Assembly (NCBI RefSeq): GCF_009914755.1
Contig: NC_060946.1
Strand: one strand, 5' to 3'
Length of the DNA stretch: 64,000 bases
Source of the DNA: the human T2T-CHM13v2.0 reference genome, Homo sapiens
Part shown: in pieces, positions 14,204 through 27,802 of the stretch
Layout: the number at the start of each line of letters is the position of its first letter
Numbering within the stretch: position 1 is the first letter of the stretch
Position numbers and translations under genes: made by a program
The notes under the pieces: model-generated
The model's database searches: none
What the model saw: the letters and a program-made list of their open reading frames with translations, nothing else
Told to the model about the DNA's origin: nothing

Positions 14204-14427
14204 TTTTTTTAAAAAATTCTAAGTTAAATAACTTGGTCCCTGTAACTTTTTATATGCCATTATCACTCTAGATCTTGGAAACGTGCGACTCCAGGAAAGA
14301 TGAGCTGGCATTACTTGTCAGTTATAAGATAGTCATGGCACTTTTGCCATTTCCCTGGGAAGTTCAAGTGGCTGTGCCAGTGCCGTGCTCCTCCCGTCCC
14401 CGGGGTGCATATTCAAGGAGAGATCTG

Positions 14428-14430
<3 letters not shown>

Positions 14431-14494
<64 letters not shown>
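14431..14494 (+). repeat. Perfect (GT)32 microsatellite
   Basis: Direct reading; ends 26 nt before exon 6. Confidence 0.98.
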
Positions 14495-14498
<4 letters not shown>

Positions 14499-14520
14499 CC
14501 TCTGCTTGTGTCGCTTCCAG

Positions 14521-14701
14521 GCAGTGATGCTGGACTCCACAGATGTCAACCTCTGGTATAAGATTGGACATGTGGCCCTGAGGCTCATCCGGATCCCCCT
14601 GGCTCGCCATGCTTTTGAGGAAGGGCTGCGGTGCAATCCTGACCACTGGCCCTGTTTGGATAACCTAATCACTGTCCTGTACACCCTCAGTGATTACACA
14701 A
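14521..14701 (+). CDS. CABIN1: Exon 6 (c.346-526) [16 protein letters not shown]...DYT, TPR
   Basis: cttccag|GCA ... CAA|gtgagt; 181 nt, phase 0-1. Confidence 0.96.
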
Positions 14702-14892
14702 GTGAGTCATGCTTTGATGCTTTCTTCCATGTGCCAGTGGTTTTTGGAACAGCAGAGGAAAGGCAGTTTGGGTAAACTGAAAGCCAAAGTTAACACTGAA
14801 GGGGTTTGCCAGACTGTCAGGGAGAATGGCAATGTTCTTAGATTTCTGCTTTATTCTGCATCTCTTTCTTGATTTGTTAAATGCCTTGTAGT

Positions 14893-14898
14893 AATAAA
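14893..14898 (+). terminator. Candidate intronic polyadenylation signal (intron 6)
   Basis: TGTA immediately upstream, AATAAA, then U- and GU-rich downstream tract. Confidence 0.45.
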
Positions 14899-15080
14899 GT
14901 AGCATGTTTTCTGAATGATTTTACTTTTTTTTTTTTTTTTGCTTTGCAAGGTTTTGTTTGCTTGACAGAAGTGGCTATCTTATTTCCTCCCTGCACTGTC
15001 CCATTTTGTGTGTCTTAGTCTGTTTGGGCTGCCATTAAAAAAAAATACCATAGATTGGGTGGCTAAAACAGCAGAAATTG

Positions 15081-15381
15081 TCTGGGTATGTTGGCTCACG
15101 CCTGTAATCCCAGCACTTTAGGGGGCCAAGGCAGGCAGATCACTTGAGCCCAGGAGTTTGAGACCAGCCTGGGCAACATGGTGAAACCCTGTCTCTTCAA
15201 AAAATACAAAAATTAACTGGACTTGATGGTGCGTGACTGTCATCCCAGCTACTTGGGAGGCTGAGGTGGGAGGATTGCTTCAGTCTGGGAGGTCGAGGCT
15301 GCAGTGAGTCGAGGTTGTGCAATCGCATTCCTGTCTGGGTGACACAGTGAGACCCTGTCTCAAAAACAAAACAAAACAAAA
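15081..15381 (+). mobile_element. AluJ-like
   Basis: Dimer with (CAAAA)n tail. Confidence 0.88.
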
Positions 15382-16479
15382 ATCAATATTATCTAAATCA
15401 GATGTGGGTAAGACTTGAGGTACAATTTGTCCTGAGACAAAATTCCTCTCCAGTTGTAAACTTGTGAATACAGATAAATTAATGTGCTTCCAAAATATAA
15501 TGGTGGGACAGATATAGGACAAACATTTCCATTCCAACAGGGAGAAATAGGAAAGCAGGAAAGTGTGATGGGTCCCAAAACTTAGCAAACTTAGCAAGGC
15601 AAATTTGAGGTCCTGAGGCTCAGGAATAATTCTCTTTGACCTGATGCTCCGCCCTTGATGCCCACTGAGGTGGCAACATCACCCTCATGGTACGTGGGTG
15701 GAGGGACAAGCCCCACCCTTTTGGCTGGGCAAGGGCTCTACCCCTAAGATGCTAGGTTGAGACATCCTGGCCTATGCAAACTGGAGAAGTAGCCCCACCC
15801 TTTAAGGAACTAGCCCTAGCCTCTTGGTCTGTGATGGGAGTGGCGGCTCAGATGATCTTTGAATCATCTTTGAGGGTTCTTCTTCCCTTTCCTTGAAAGA
15901 TAACATATATTCTTGACTTTCTTTCATTCTTTCTCATTTTTTTTCTGTTCCCGTTAGTCCCCATTAGCAGTGTTTCTGCCAGTATAATCCCACCTTTCTG
16001 GCTTCTGAGATACCTGATTAAATCTGTGGTTCATGCCCACACTGATCTTATAAGAAAATTGTTGGTCAGTCACACTCATAGTGTTCTCAGAACAAACTTT
16101 CTCAATTTTTGCAATATGGATAGACAGAATTTTCTAAATCTTTTAAGTTCTGGTTCCTTTTTGCTTAACAATGCCCTCTTATTTTCTCTATTTTAGCATT
16201 TCACTATAAGCAGTCAGGAGGAACTGGGCTATGTCTTTAATACTTTGCTTAGAAGTCTCAGCAAAATAGCCAATTTTATTGCTCACAAGTTCTACCTTCT
16301 ACCAAACACTAGAACATAGACGTAATTCAGCCAAGTGCTTTGCTACTTTATAACAAGGATCACCTTTTCTTCATTGTCCAATAGCATGTTCCTTATTTCC
16401 ATTTGAGATCTCAGCAGAAATGCCCTTGATGTTTATATTTCTACCAACATTCTGTACATGATTATTTATTCTCTAGTAA

Positions 16480-16833
<354 letters not shown>

Positions 16834-16935
16834 CAGTATCACCTTTAACAATCCTTACATACCAATATTCACTTTTTCCAGTGTACACCTCGAAACTCTT
16901 TAAGCTTATACCCAGTTCTAAAGCTCTTTCCAACA

Positions 16936-17230
16936 CCAGGTGTGGTAGCTACAGGTAGCATGCCTGTAGTCCCAACACTCTAGGAGGCTGAGATGGGAGG
17001 ATCGCTTGAGCCCAGAAGTTCAAGAACAGCCTGGGCAAGATAGTGAAACCCCATTTAAAAATACTTTTTTTTTTTTTTTCATTAACTGGGTGGGGTGGTG
17101 CACACCTGTAGTCCCAGCTACTTGGAAGGATCACCTGAACCTAGGAGCTAGAGGTTACAATGAGCCATGATTGTGCCACTGCACTCCAGCCTGGGTGACA
17201 GAGCGAGACTCTGCCTCAAAAAAAAAAAAA
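16936..17230 (+). mobile_element. AluJ-like with a T-run in the central linker
   Basis: Alu arms; linker aaaatac followed by a poly-T run. Confidence 0.8.
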
Positions 17231-17495
17231 ATTTGTTTCCACATATTTAGGTATTTGTTACAACAGCAGCCCACTTGTTGGTACCACTTTCTGTCTTAGT
17301 TAGTTCATGCTGCTATAATAAAATATGATAGATTGGGTAGCTTAAACAAGAATTTATTTCTCTCAGCTCTGGAGGCTGGAGAGTCTTTTTTTCTCTTCCT
17401 TTTAAAAAGACAAATAGGAACAGGATAGAATGTGTTGAGATAGATGAGGCCTTGCTCAACCTTCTCACCTCCAGTTCTTGTTCTCCATAACCACT

Positions 17496-18010
17496 TTTTA
17501 AATCTTTTTAATTGAGGCAAAACATACATACAATAAGGTACATAAATCTGAGACCTGTCAGTTTGTATATGTGAAAACATGTCAAGATACAGAACATGTG
17601 CAGCGCCCCAGAAGGCAGGTTACTTTGGGTCCCTTCCACTTTTTACAACCTCCTAAGGCAACCTTGATTTCTCCTTTTTGTCACCAAAGATGAACTTTGC
17701 CTGTTGTTGAACTTTCCCTAGGTAGAGTCAGGAAGCGTGTAGCGTGTGCTTTCCTCAGGCTGGCCCCTTCTGCTTGTCATCCTGTCGGTGAGCGCACCCA
17801 TGTGGGGCACAGCAGTCTCTATGTCTTGTTATTTTGTGTGGTCTATTATGTGCATTTGCACAATGTAGCCATTCTGTACATGGGCATTTGGGTTATTTCC
17901 AGATTTGTGTTCTTAGTCATAACCTGCTATGAACATTCTTGTATATGTCTTTTAGTGAACATATGCACTCGTTCTGTAGGTTGCCCCTCATTTCACTCCC
18001 ACCAGCAGAA
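17496..18010 (-). mobile_element. Degenerate L1ME-like fragment
   Basis: gggcatttgggttatttccag, gctatgaacattcttgta, cactcccaccagcag. Confidence 0.6.
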
Positions 18011-18229
18011 TATGATAGTTGTACAGGGCTGTGTTTTGACTCTAGCAGTTTCTTCTTCTGGAGGCTTTGAGTCTCTTCTTGGGTGCTCCTCCCACAGTTT
18101 GGGACCATCTTTGGGGTTCAGCCTTCCTTCCTCAACTGACTTCTTTAGTTCTTTGCACCCCTCTCTCATTGTAGAAGAAGTTATGCTTGGTAAACTCAAG
18201 TCTTTGTGGGAAGATTTAGGTTGGAGTAT

Positions 18230-18777
18230 TGTATTAGGGTTCTCCAGAGAAACAGAACCAATAGGATGTATGTACATATATAGAAAGAGATTTATTGTAA
18301 GGAATTGGCTCATGTGGTATTGGTAGCTGACAAGTTCCAAGATTTACAGGGTGAGTCAGCAAGCTGCAGACCCAGGAGTGATGGTGTATAGTTCTAGTCC
18401 AAGTCCAAAGGCCTGAGGACCAGGAGAATTGATGGTATAGTTTCAGTCTGTAGGCTGGCAGGCCCAGGAAGAGCTGATGTCTTGGTTTTAGTGAGAAGGT
18501 AGAAAACCCCCCCCACCGCAATGTCCCAGTTCAAAGGTAGTCAGGCAGAAAAATTCTCTTATGCGGGGGAAGGTCAGCCTTTTTGTTCTGTTCAGGCCTT
18601 CAACTGATTGGATGAGGCCCCCCCACATTAGGGAGGGCGATCTGCTTTACTCAGTCTACTGATTTAAATGTTAATCTCATGCAAAGACACCCTCACAGAC
18701 ACACCCAAAATAATATTTGGCCAAAGTCTGGATATGCTGTAGCCCAGTCAAATAGACACATACAATTAATCATAACA
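18230..18777 (-). mobile_element. MLT2B-type solo LTR (ERVL)
   Basis: tgtattagggttctccagagaaacagaaccaatagg ... aattaatcataaca. Confidence 0.85.
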
Positions 18778-19952
18778 GGGACTGAACTGATACATACACC
18801 TGTGAGAGCCCTGATAGATTTGACAGTCATTTAAAACAAAAAATTAAAGCAGCATGTTAAATTGACTCTCAGTGGCATTTTATGTATTTGATATGAGTAG
18901 GGAGGGATGCTGCTGGGTTAAGGCCTGCGGACTGCCTCTTGTTCTGAGATTTCCCAGGCCTTCCCTCTGCAGGACTGTAGGGTGGCTAGTGAGTTTAGCT
19001 TAATGCAGCTAATGTGCCTACTGAGAACCAGCATCATCCAAGTGCTCAGTGCCTTCTGGGTTTTCTCTCTGGAAGTCACTGATGGCTACCCTTCAGGTTT
19101 CATGTGGTCTCAGAGAAACCATGTCCCTTATTTGTCTGATGCAGGCACCTTTGGACCATCTATTGAGCAGCGTGGACTGTGCTGGGATTGTACAGACCTC
19201 TCCTTGCTCACAGGCTGCACAGCCTTTGTGCACCTTGGGGCGTGTGGCCCTGCTGAGCATTGTGGCCAGTCTCTGCTCTCTCCTCCCAAGCACACTAGGA
19301 GCGCATCACTTTCTCCTCTCCCAAGGCTTCCATGCGCAGATTTCTACTTCTGCTCTGGTTTTCCTCTGTGTGTTGCTTCTCACTCCTAGGTGCTTCATTT
19401 TCTAGTTATTCTTGATAGGAGTGACTTGCAGTCTACCTGCACCAAACTGAGAAGCTGGGCAGGGCATGATAGTGGTCCCAGTGCCCAGGCAGAGCTGGCA
19501 CCCTGCTGCAGTGTTGTGTTTCTCTGTGTGTTCACTGGTGAGACCTGGACTGTTCCCAATTACAAGTGCTGAAAGCTTTTGTAATTTATATCATAGTTCT
19601 GCTTTGTGAATCCATGCCATCCCATTTTTTTCTGTGTGTTTACCTGTTACTGTCTCCATTCCTGGAGGAGCTGGAGTTGGCACAGGCTTTCCAGATCAAT
19701 AACTTGAGGATGCTCATTATGACATTAACTTGAGTGATGTACATGTCTTAAATTGTAGGCAGTAGCTTTAATAATAGGTTTTTTTTTTAAAAAAAGGAGG
19801 AAAATTGGAAAATACAGGTAAACAAAATTCAATAAGTTTTATGTGTATAATGGAGTCACACTATGTGACCTCTTTTGTCTCCTGCTTCTTCCCAGTACTG
19901 TATCTTGGCCTTCTTTCTGGTCAGTAAGCACACTCCTTGACCATCTATGTAG

Positions 19953-20327
<375 letters not shown>

Positions 20328-20700
20328 TATTTCCAGATTTTTTGAAGGCTGTTTTCCAATTAGCCAATAGATAATCACTGTGAGCCCTGTTGGATTTTTG
20401 CAGTAGTTTCTAGAGGTGGGATTCCCAGGTCATCGAGGATCTGTGTGTAATTGCCTATGGTCCTCCAAAAAGATCCTACGGTCTGTCCTCTGCCAGAATC
20501 TTTGGGTCTGCTCACCTTGCAGTGCCCAGTCTACTCTGGGTCTTATTACTAACCTGACTGAATTAGTTAAAGTGGTATCTCATTATTTTTTACCAGGCAT
20601 TTCTTTGATTCTAGGAGCAGGATTTTCCTGATGTTAACTGGCAAGGCCAGAGCTTCTGAGTGCGGTCTCAGAAGTCATAAACTGTCTCTTTCCCCGCCAG

Positions 20701-20830
20701 CATGTCTGTACTTCATCTGCAAAGCTTTGGAGAAGGATTGCCGGTACAGCAAAGGGCTGGTCCTCAAGGAGAAGATTTTTGAGGAGCAGCCTTGTCTCCG
20801 GAAGGACTCTCTCAGAATGTTCCTCAAATG
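20701..20830 (+). CDS. CABIN1: Exon 7 (c.527-656) [13 protein letters not shown]...MFLK
   Basis: ccgccag|CA ... ATG|gtaagt; 130 nt, phase 1-2. Confidence 0.96.
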
Positions 20831-22434
20831 GTAAGTCCTGCCTCTTCCCATGCCATGTGTGCACGCTTACTGTGTGGCTGGTGAAGGTCAGGAGCACACC
20901 ACATTCTCCCCTCAGGTCCCATGGATGGAGCCCCTGTGCTCTGGGGCTTCATGCCCTGCCGCAGCCCCTGATCTAGTGAACTGACCTTGGACTGCCTTGT
21001 TGATCACCCACCTCTACCTAATCTTGGCAAGGCCTCCTCAGGCTGCCTGCTGCCCGCCTCTCCTGCTGTCCTGCCAGCTTTCAGTGTTCGCTAGCTGTCC
21101 TCTGGATGCTTGGGGCAGCCTGCTGCCCAGCTTGCCTCCTGCCTTTCCCCTTCCCAGGGTTTTGTTCTCAGTGCTGCCCGAGTTCAGTGTCCCAAACATG
21201 CCTCTGATCATGTGCCACCCCTGCCTTGCCTCCAGGACATAGCCCATGCTCAGTTGCATTACCAAAGAGGTTCTTTGCAGCCTGACCCCATAGTTCTCCC
21301 ACGTCACCTCCTGCTTTTCCCTCCCAGGCTCCTTTTGTTAAGACTGCCCCAAGTCCCTTGCAGTTTCCAGGCGTGGTACCATTGTGTGGCATCCTGTCTT
21401 CTCAACCTGGCTCCCACTATGCTCTAAACTCTCATGCCATCTTCCCACCTCTCCACCTGTCCCGCCATTGCCCCTCCTTTGCCAGGTGTCTTCCCACAGA
21501 CACACTTCTGAGGTGACCCAAGAATACCTGCCCCTCCTGCCCAGACTGTCCTGATGCCTGCCAGCAGGGCCACACCTCAGAGCTGCTCACTTACAAACTT
21601 ATCTGTTTCTCAGGTCACCTCTCTGTTGCTTTCTGAGCTCTAGCTGCCCTTCCCCACAGCCCTCCAGCCCAGCCAACTCCTTTTGCCCTCTGGTCTTCCT
21701 TGGCCCTGGAACACACCTGTAGGGGTTGATTAGTAGTGATTTATCTTGGCGTCTATCCCCTGTGAGCCTGTCCCTCTCCTGAAGGAACTACCTGTTGGCA
21801 GAGATAGGAACTGAGGGAACATCTGTCATGAGGGAGCTAACCTTGAGGGAGACAGATAAGAAGCACATGAAACAGATAAATTCATGAGTAGCTCTGAGGT
21901 GTAACCCTGCTGGGAAGCACCAGGACAGTCTGGGCAGGAGGGCAGGTGAGGTTAGGTCGCCTCAGAAGTGTGTCTGTGAGAGGACACGTAGGGCCTCCAA
22001 GCCCCTGCCCTTTCTGTATTTTTGGGTCGTGATACACTTTGGTGAGCTTCACTTTTCCGATGACTTTTTGTTGGCATGGGCAGTATAGGATAGTTACATT
22101 CTTTTAAGATTTTCTAATAATAATTGAGAGAAAGATTTTATTTTTCTGTGGCTTTTCAGATATTATTGTGATAGTGTTAATACATATGAAAACTCTTTCT
22201 CTGCCCAGTTTTGAATTGTCAAAGGAACAAAGAATATTAGTCATTTCTAGTGTATGTGGGTATTAAGAAGGCTATTTACTGCCCTACCCAGGCCAGACTG
22301 AAGTGGTTATTTTATTTATAGGAAGAAAAATACACATTAAAAGGTATTAACCTAAATGCATTTTTGTGTGTAAAATTTCAGCCTCAGTTTTAGTTTGTAA
22401 CATGATAATTTCTCCCTGTCTCACATGCTTTTAG

Positions 22435-22584
22435 TGACATGTCGATTCACGATGTTTCGGTGAGTGCAGCTGAGACACAGGCGATTGTAGATGAGGCCTT
22501 GGGGCTGCGAAAAAAGAGGCAAGCGCTGATTGTGCGGGAGAAGGAGCCGGACCTGAAACTTGTGCAGCCCATTCCTTTCTTCAC
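22435..22584 (+). CDS. CABIN1: Exon 8 (c.657-806) [10 protein letters not shown]...PIPFF
   Basis: gcttttag|TGAC ... CAC|gtaggt; 150 nt, symmetric phase 2-2; not in the ORF track. Confidence 0.93.
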
Positions 22585-23977
22585 GTAGGTTGTCTAGCGT
22601 CTCTGGGAGTGCTGGGTCGGCCAGTAGGCCCTGTTGTGGGATGCTGCCCTGCACAGGAGGGAGAGACCTTGAGGCTTGATCCTGGGTTGGTGGTATGAAT
22701 GGGGGCTGGGTGCACAGTGGCCAAATGGTTGGAGGTGCATGCTTACTTGATTACTAAGAAGCAGGTCAGCTCTCTCTCAAGTACCTCCAGTCTCAGTCCC
22801 TTTTTGCTGTTGCTGTTCTTGACCCCAGCCACCTGCCACATTCCTGTAAGGCCCTTCTCAGCCTGCCCTATCTAGAGGGCGAATGGAAACTAACATTTGC
22901 CAAGCACTTGCCAGGAGGAAACTGATGTTCAGAGTACTTAAATGGGGAGCCCAGAGACAGTCCCGGGTCTGGGCTTCTCCGCTCTCAAGTCCATGTTTTC
23001 TCTCTAGGGCCACGTGGGGAGCCCTGCGAGATGGGCCTCAATATAGTCCTTGCCAGCCCCATGATGTGAGAGTCTCTCTCTCTCCAGGAAGGGCAAATTG
23101 GTATCGGCGGTTCCCTGGAGTTGGGATAGTTTAGTCCCTTAGCGAGCTCTGGAATTCAATTTCTGTATTTAAAATTCTGACATTGAATCTTTAAGTTTAG
23201 CATGACTTAGCAGTAGCATTCCATTTCTACTCCCCACCCCCTACCTCCACCCCTGTCTGCCTACTCTGAGGGAGCTCTGGCCTGGATCAGACTGACCTGA
23301 CCTGGGTCCAATCCTGGCACTCCTAATGCTGTGAATTGGATGACTCTGGGGACATTAGGAGCCACTCCCTAGCAACGGGGAGAGCAACATCTCTCTCATA
23401 GGGTTGTCATGATAATGACAAAACATGTAGGGCTAGCACAGAGGCAGCACATAGCACCCACTCAGGAAGGGCTGGCTCTGATCCGTATTATTATGACTGG
23501 CTGTGAGTTTCAGCATGTAGAATTTCCCAGAAATATTTCCATACCCGAGCACCGAGATGGCCAGGAAGAAAGGGCTGTTCTTCAGGCTGCTCTAGGACTC
23601 CTGTCTGGTGCCCTTTCTTGTATTTTGTCAGCTGGATTAGAGTCCTTCTCCCATCTGAGTGTGTGCTCCCCAACTACAGAGGGTTGGGGTTTTGGAAGGG
23701 CCCTGGGGTGCCTCCCTGTTACAGTGAAGGAGGAAAAGGCCTGAGAACACTAGAAGGGATTGTGGTGATGTGACTGGAGAACAGAGGGCTGGGAACTGGT
23801 GCCGTGGCCACCCTCCATGGTGTAGGGGGAGGGCTAAGTAGAAGCAGGAGGGAGAAGTAGAAGCAAGAGGGAGTTAGGCTCAGTAGTTAAATTTGGGATT
23901 TGGTCATTAAAGGAAGAGTGTAGATTCCCTCTCTGGTAGCAGAGGACATGATGCTTTTATAGTAATCTCCATCTATT

Positions 23978-24460
23978 CCGGGGGTCAGCAAAACTTTTCC
24001 TTTAAAGAGCCAGAGAGTAAACATACTAGCCTTTGTGGGCCATGTACAATTTATGTTGTATATTTTCTTCTTTTTCTTTCTTTTTTTTTTTTAAACAATG
24101 CTTTAAAAATGTGTAAACTAGCTGGGCATGGTGGCTAACGCCTATAATCCCAGTACTTTGGGAGGCTGAGGCAGGAGGATCACTTGAGTCAAGAGTTCAA
24201 GACCAGCCTGGGCAGCATAGTGAGACCTCATATCTACAAAAAATAAACAAAATTAGCCAGATATGGTGGCACACACCTGTAGTTCCAGCTACTTGGGAGG
24301 CTGAGGGGGAGGATTGCTTGAGCCGGGGAAGTCAAGGCTACAGTGAGCTGTGATGGCACCACTGCATTCCAGCCTGGGTGACAGAGCAAGACCCCCATCT
24401 CAAAAAAAAAAAAAAAATTAAAAAATAAAATTTGCTGCAGGGCACAGTTTACCACCCCTG
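23978..24460. mobile_element. MER58-type DNA transposon interrupted by an Alu
   Basis: Ends cgggggtcagcaaaac ... gtttaccacccctg. Confidence 0.65.
24120..24417 (+). mobile_element. AluJ-like
   Basis: Sense dimer with A tail. Confidence 0.88.
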
Positions 24461-24665
24461 GTTTCCTCAGTGCCTAGTAGGCATGAGCAAGAGCAAGGCA
24501 CGAGTAAGGGAAATGGTGTATTTAAGGCATTTGACACAACCCAGCCAGTAAGCAAATTCTTCCTGTCTAAATGTAACACTAACTGAAGGCAGGAAAAAGA
24601 TAGAAGAAATTCCTTCTAGCCCTGGGAGCCTCCATCATTTAGATTCTGGAATTTGAAGCACTGTC

Positions 24666-25290
<625 letters not shown>

Positions 25291-25809
25291 GAAGCACTGT
25301 TCTTTTATTCCTTTCTCAACACTTCCTGGATGCTGGCTCTGTGCAGGGGACTGTGCTCTGTGCTAGGGGCGCAGTGTGGCAGGGCCTGGTCCCTTGCTAC
25401 AAGTGATACCAGGGGTAATCAGTCACCCAGAGAAAGCAGCACATGCCTCAAGCTGATGGGGGCTGTGAGGAGAGAAGCGCAGTGCTGGAAGGCCTCTGAA
25501 CAAGGTTCCTGCTGCTCTAGGGGTTGGGGAAGGCTGGGTGGTGGAGCTGGGGTCTGACTGAGGCACAGGCATTGGCTAGGCAGAGGGCTATGCTGTGGGA
25601 GGGGACGTTGCATCTGGGCAGAAGGAAGCCAGCCCAAAGGCCCAGTGGCATGTGAGAGTGTGATTTTGTTTAAGGAACTGAAAGAGAGCTAATGTAGCAG
25701 GATTGCAGGGGGTGGTGTGAGAGGAGGCTGTGCAGCACCATGAGGCCAGGCTGAGCAGTTGGTCTTTAGCCTGAGGCATTAGAAGCAATTAAGGGATGGA
25801 TAAATGGAT

Positions 25810-25950
25810 ACATTGTAGCATACCACGCAGCATAGTAGACAACACACAACCTTGAACCCAACACAACACACAACACGGAATGTGAAATACAAAACAATAG
25901 ACAGCACACAATATAACACACCACACCATACCACAACAAAACACACAACA
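25810..25950 (+). repeat. Degenerate CA-rich (ACAAC/ACACC-like) low-complexity tract
   Basis: acaacacacaac...acacaacacacaacac...acaccacaccataccacaacaaaacacacaac. Confidence 0.8.
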
Positions 25951-26483
25951 GTCTCCTGTTGCCATCCAGCAGGCTCCAGCCCATTTGGTAATCCACTGAG
26001 GTGCTGCTCCCCATAGGCCCTGCCCATGGTCCAAGTTCTTATAGACCATGTCCCTGTTGGCAGTCCCCCACAGGCTCTCCGCATAAAACAGATTCGTGGC
26101 AGCAGGGGAGTTCCACAAGTGTTTTAAAGACTTGACCTTCCTGAGGAGGAGTTTTTGAAGTGAGTCAATGGATTTCATACATACCTACTTGAGTCTGAAA
26201 GTGCCTCAGGCCAAGATGCTTATGGGGCTTCTGCTGCAGTGAGGGGCAGGTGGATGCCAGGTCCCTGGTCCAGCTTTGGCTGCCGCATCTTCAGTTCAGC
26301 TGTGTTAGACAAGATTTCATCAGTTGTGCCAGTGATGAAACCTTGATCACCTCCCCCACCCCCATGGACATGGCAGCTCCAGGAGCAGCTCTGCCGCCTC
26401 TGTGCAGGCAGGCCATTTTCCACTATGCTTGGAGTATTCCTCTGACAGGGTGGTGATCAGGTGTTGTGGCCCTCTCCCTTTAG

Positions 26484-26770
26484 CTGGAAGTGCCTCGGAG
26501 AGAGCTTGCTGGCCATGTACAATCATCTCACCACCTGTGAGCCCCCACGTCCCAGCCTTGGCAAAAGGATTGATTTGTCGGACTACCAGGACCCCAGCCA
26601 GCCTCTTGAGTCCTCCATGGTGGTGACGCCAGTTAACGTGATCCAGCCAAGCACTGTCAGCACCAACCCAGCTGTGGCTGTCGCCGAGCCTGTGGTCTCC
26701 TACACCTCTGTGGCTACAACCAGCTTCCCACTGCACAGTCCTGGTCTGTTGGAGACAGGCGCTCCTGTGG
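26484..26770 (+). CDS. CABIN1: Exon 9 (c.807-1093) WKCLGESLL...TGAPV
   Basis: ccctttag|CTGG ... GTGG|gtaagc; 287 nt. Confidence 0.95.
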
Positions 26771-27802
26771 GTAAGCAGGCCCCCTGAATTTGGCTTCCGG
26801 GGAGACCCCGTTCACTGAGCCCAGCAGGAATGAGACTGCTGGGGAGCCCTGCCTCCCTAGACAGAAGGGTCATGCTGATGCTCATGACTCAAGTGGAAGT
26901 GGGAGCCCCCAGCCCTAGAGGAGCCTCTCAGCCTGCTCACAGTGCCACTGCCCGTCAGGGCCATTTCAGCTCTGAAGCCCTGCAGCTAGGAGGACGGGGG
27001 ATCAGGGATGCAGCTCCTGGTCCTTGACAGTTCCCCCAGGACCATTTAGTGCCTGGCAGCCACATTCTGGCACGAAGGTTGCTCTTAACCACTTGTAATG
27101 TGGAAGCTGGCAGAGGTCCCCTCTTCTGGTCCTGCTCTCTTGCTGACTGTGTACATCCTGAGTTCTTTGATCTTAGAAAACAGTCAGCAAAGTTACCAAC
27201 CACCATATGTTTTATTGATTTTTATTATTGCTAGAGTTGTCAAAAATTTTTGACAAAAGCTCCCGAGCCTTTTCTTGATTTCTGTGTCACTGAAAAAAAG
27301 AATATCTGGCAGATATAGAAGTTTCTGAATAAACATGTACATGGTTGTCTCTTTTTTACTTAATCATACATGACATTCTTCTATTGTCCATATAGTTCAC
27401 ACTGTTCTTTTGCTCTTATCATATTGCTGAGTGCTCAGAGGGTACTGGGTAGGGTCATAGCCACTCACTCTGTCCGTTCTGGGTAACAGAGTGAGACTCC
27501 GAAGTTCAGCCGACCAGTGAGGGGATGGGAGGGTAAGGGTGTTGCTTGCTTTGTAGCTGTGGAAAGTAATCTTGAAATCTGGCTTGTGGGTCCTGTGAAG
27601 TCAAGAAAGGTGTGAGAGTTAAGGGGTTTCAAATTAATTTTACTCAGGATTCTTTGTTGTTGAAGAAGAGATGGAAGATTTTTTGAATGTCAAAGAGTTT
27701 AATGCTAGTAGATTTATAAAAGAGGGAGATTGATGTGTCTGTGTGGTGCATTTTTTTCATCCCTGCCACCGTGTAAGATTTTAATTTGCATTCTTTGTGA
27801 AG

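Noticed and set aside
17697-18340. 209-aa ORF and overlapping antisense ORFs
   Set aside because: TTG start, spans L1 and MLT2 remnants, no recognisable domain
25766-26178. Three overlapping minus-strand ORFs (up to 129 aa)
   Set aside because: Openness is largely explained by the low-complexity CA tract; no homology recognised and no splice or promoter support
26312-26446. Box C (GTGATGA) ... box D (CTGA) snoRNA-like arrangement with an 8-bp hairpin
   Set aside because: No terminal stem; the CTGAC is better explained as the exon 9 branch point
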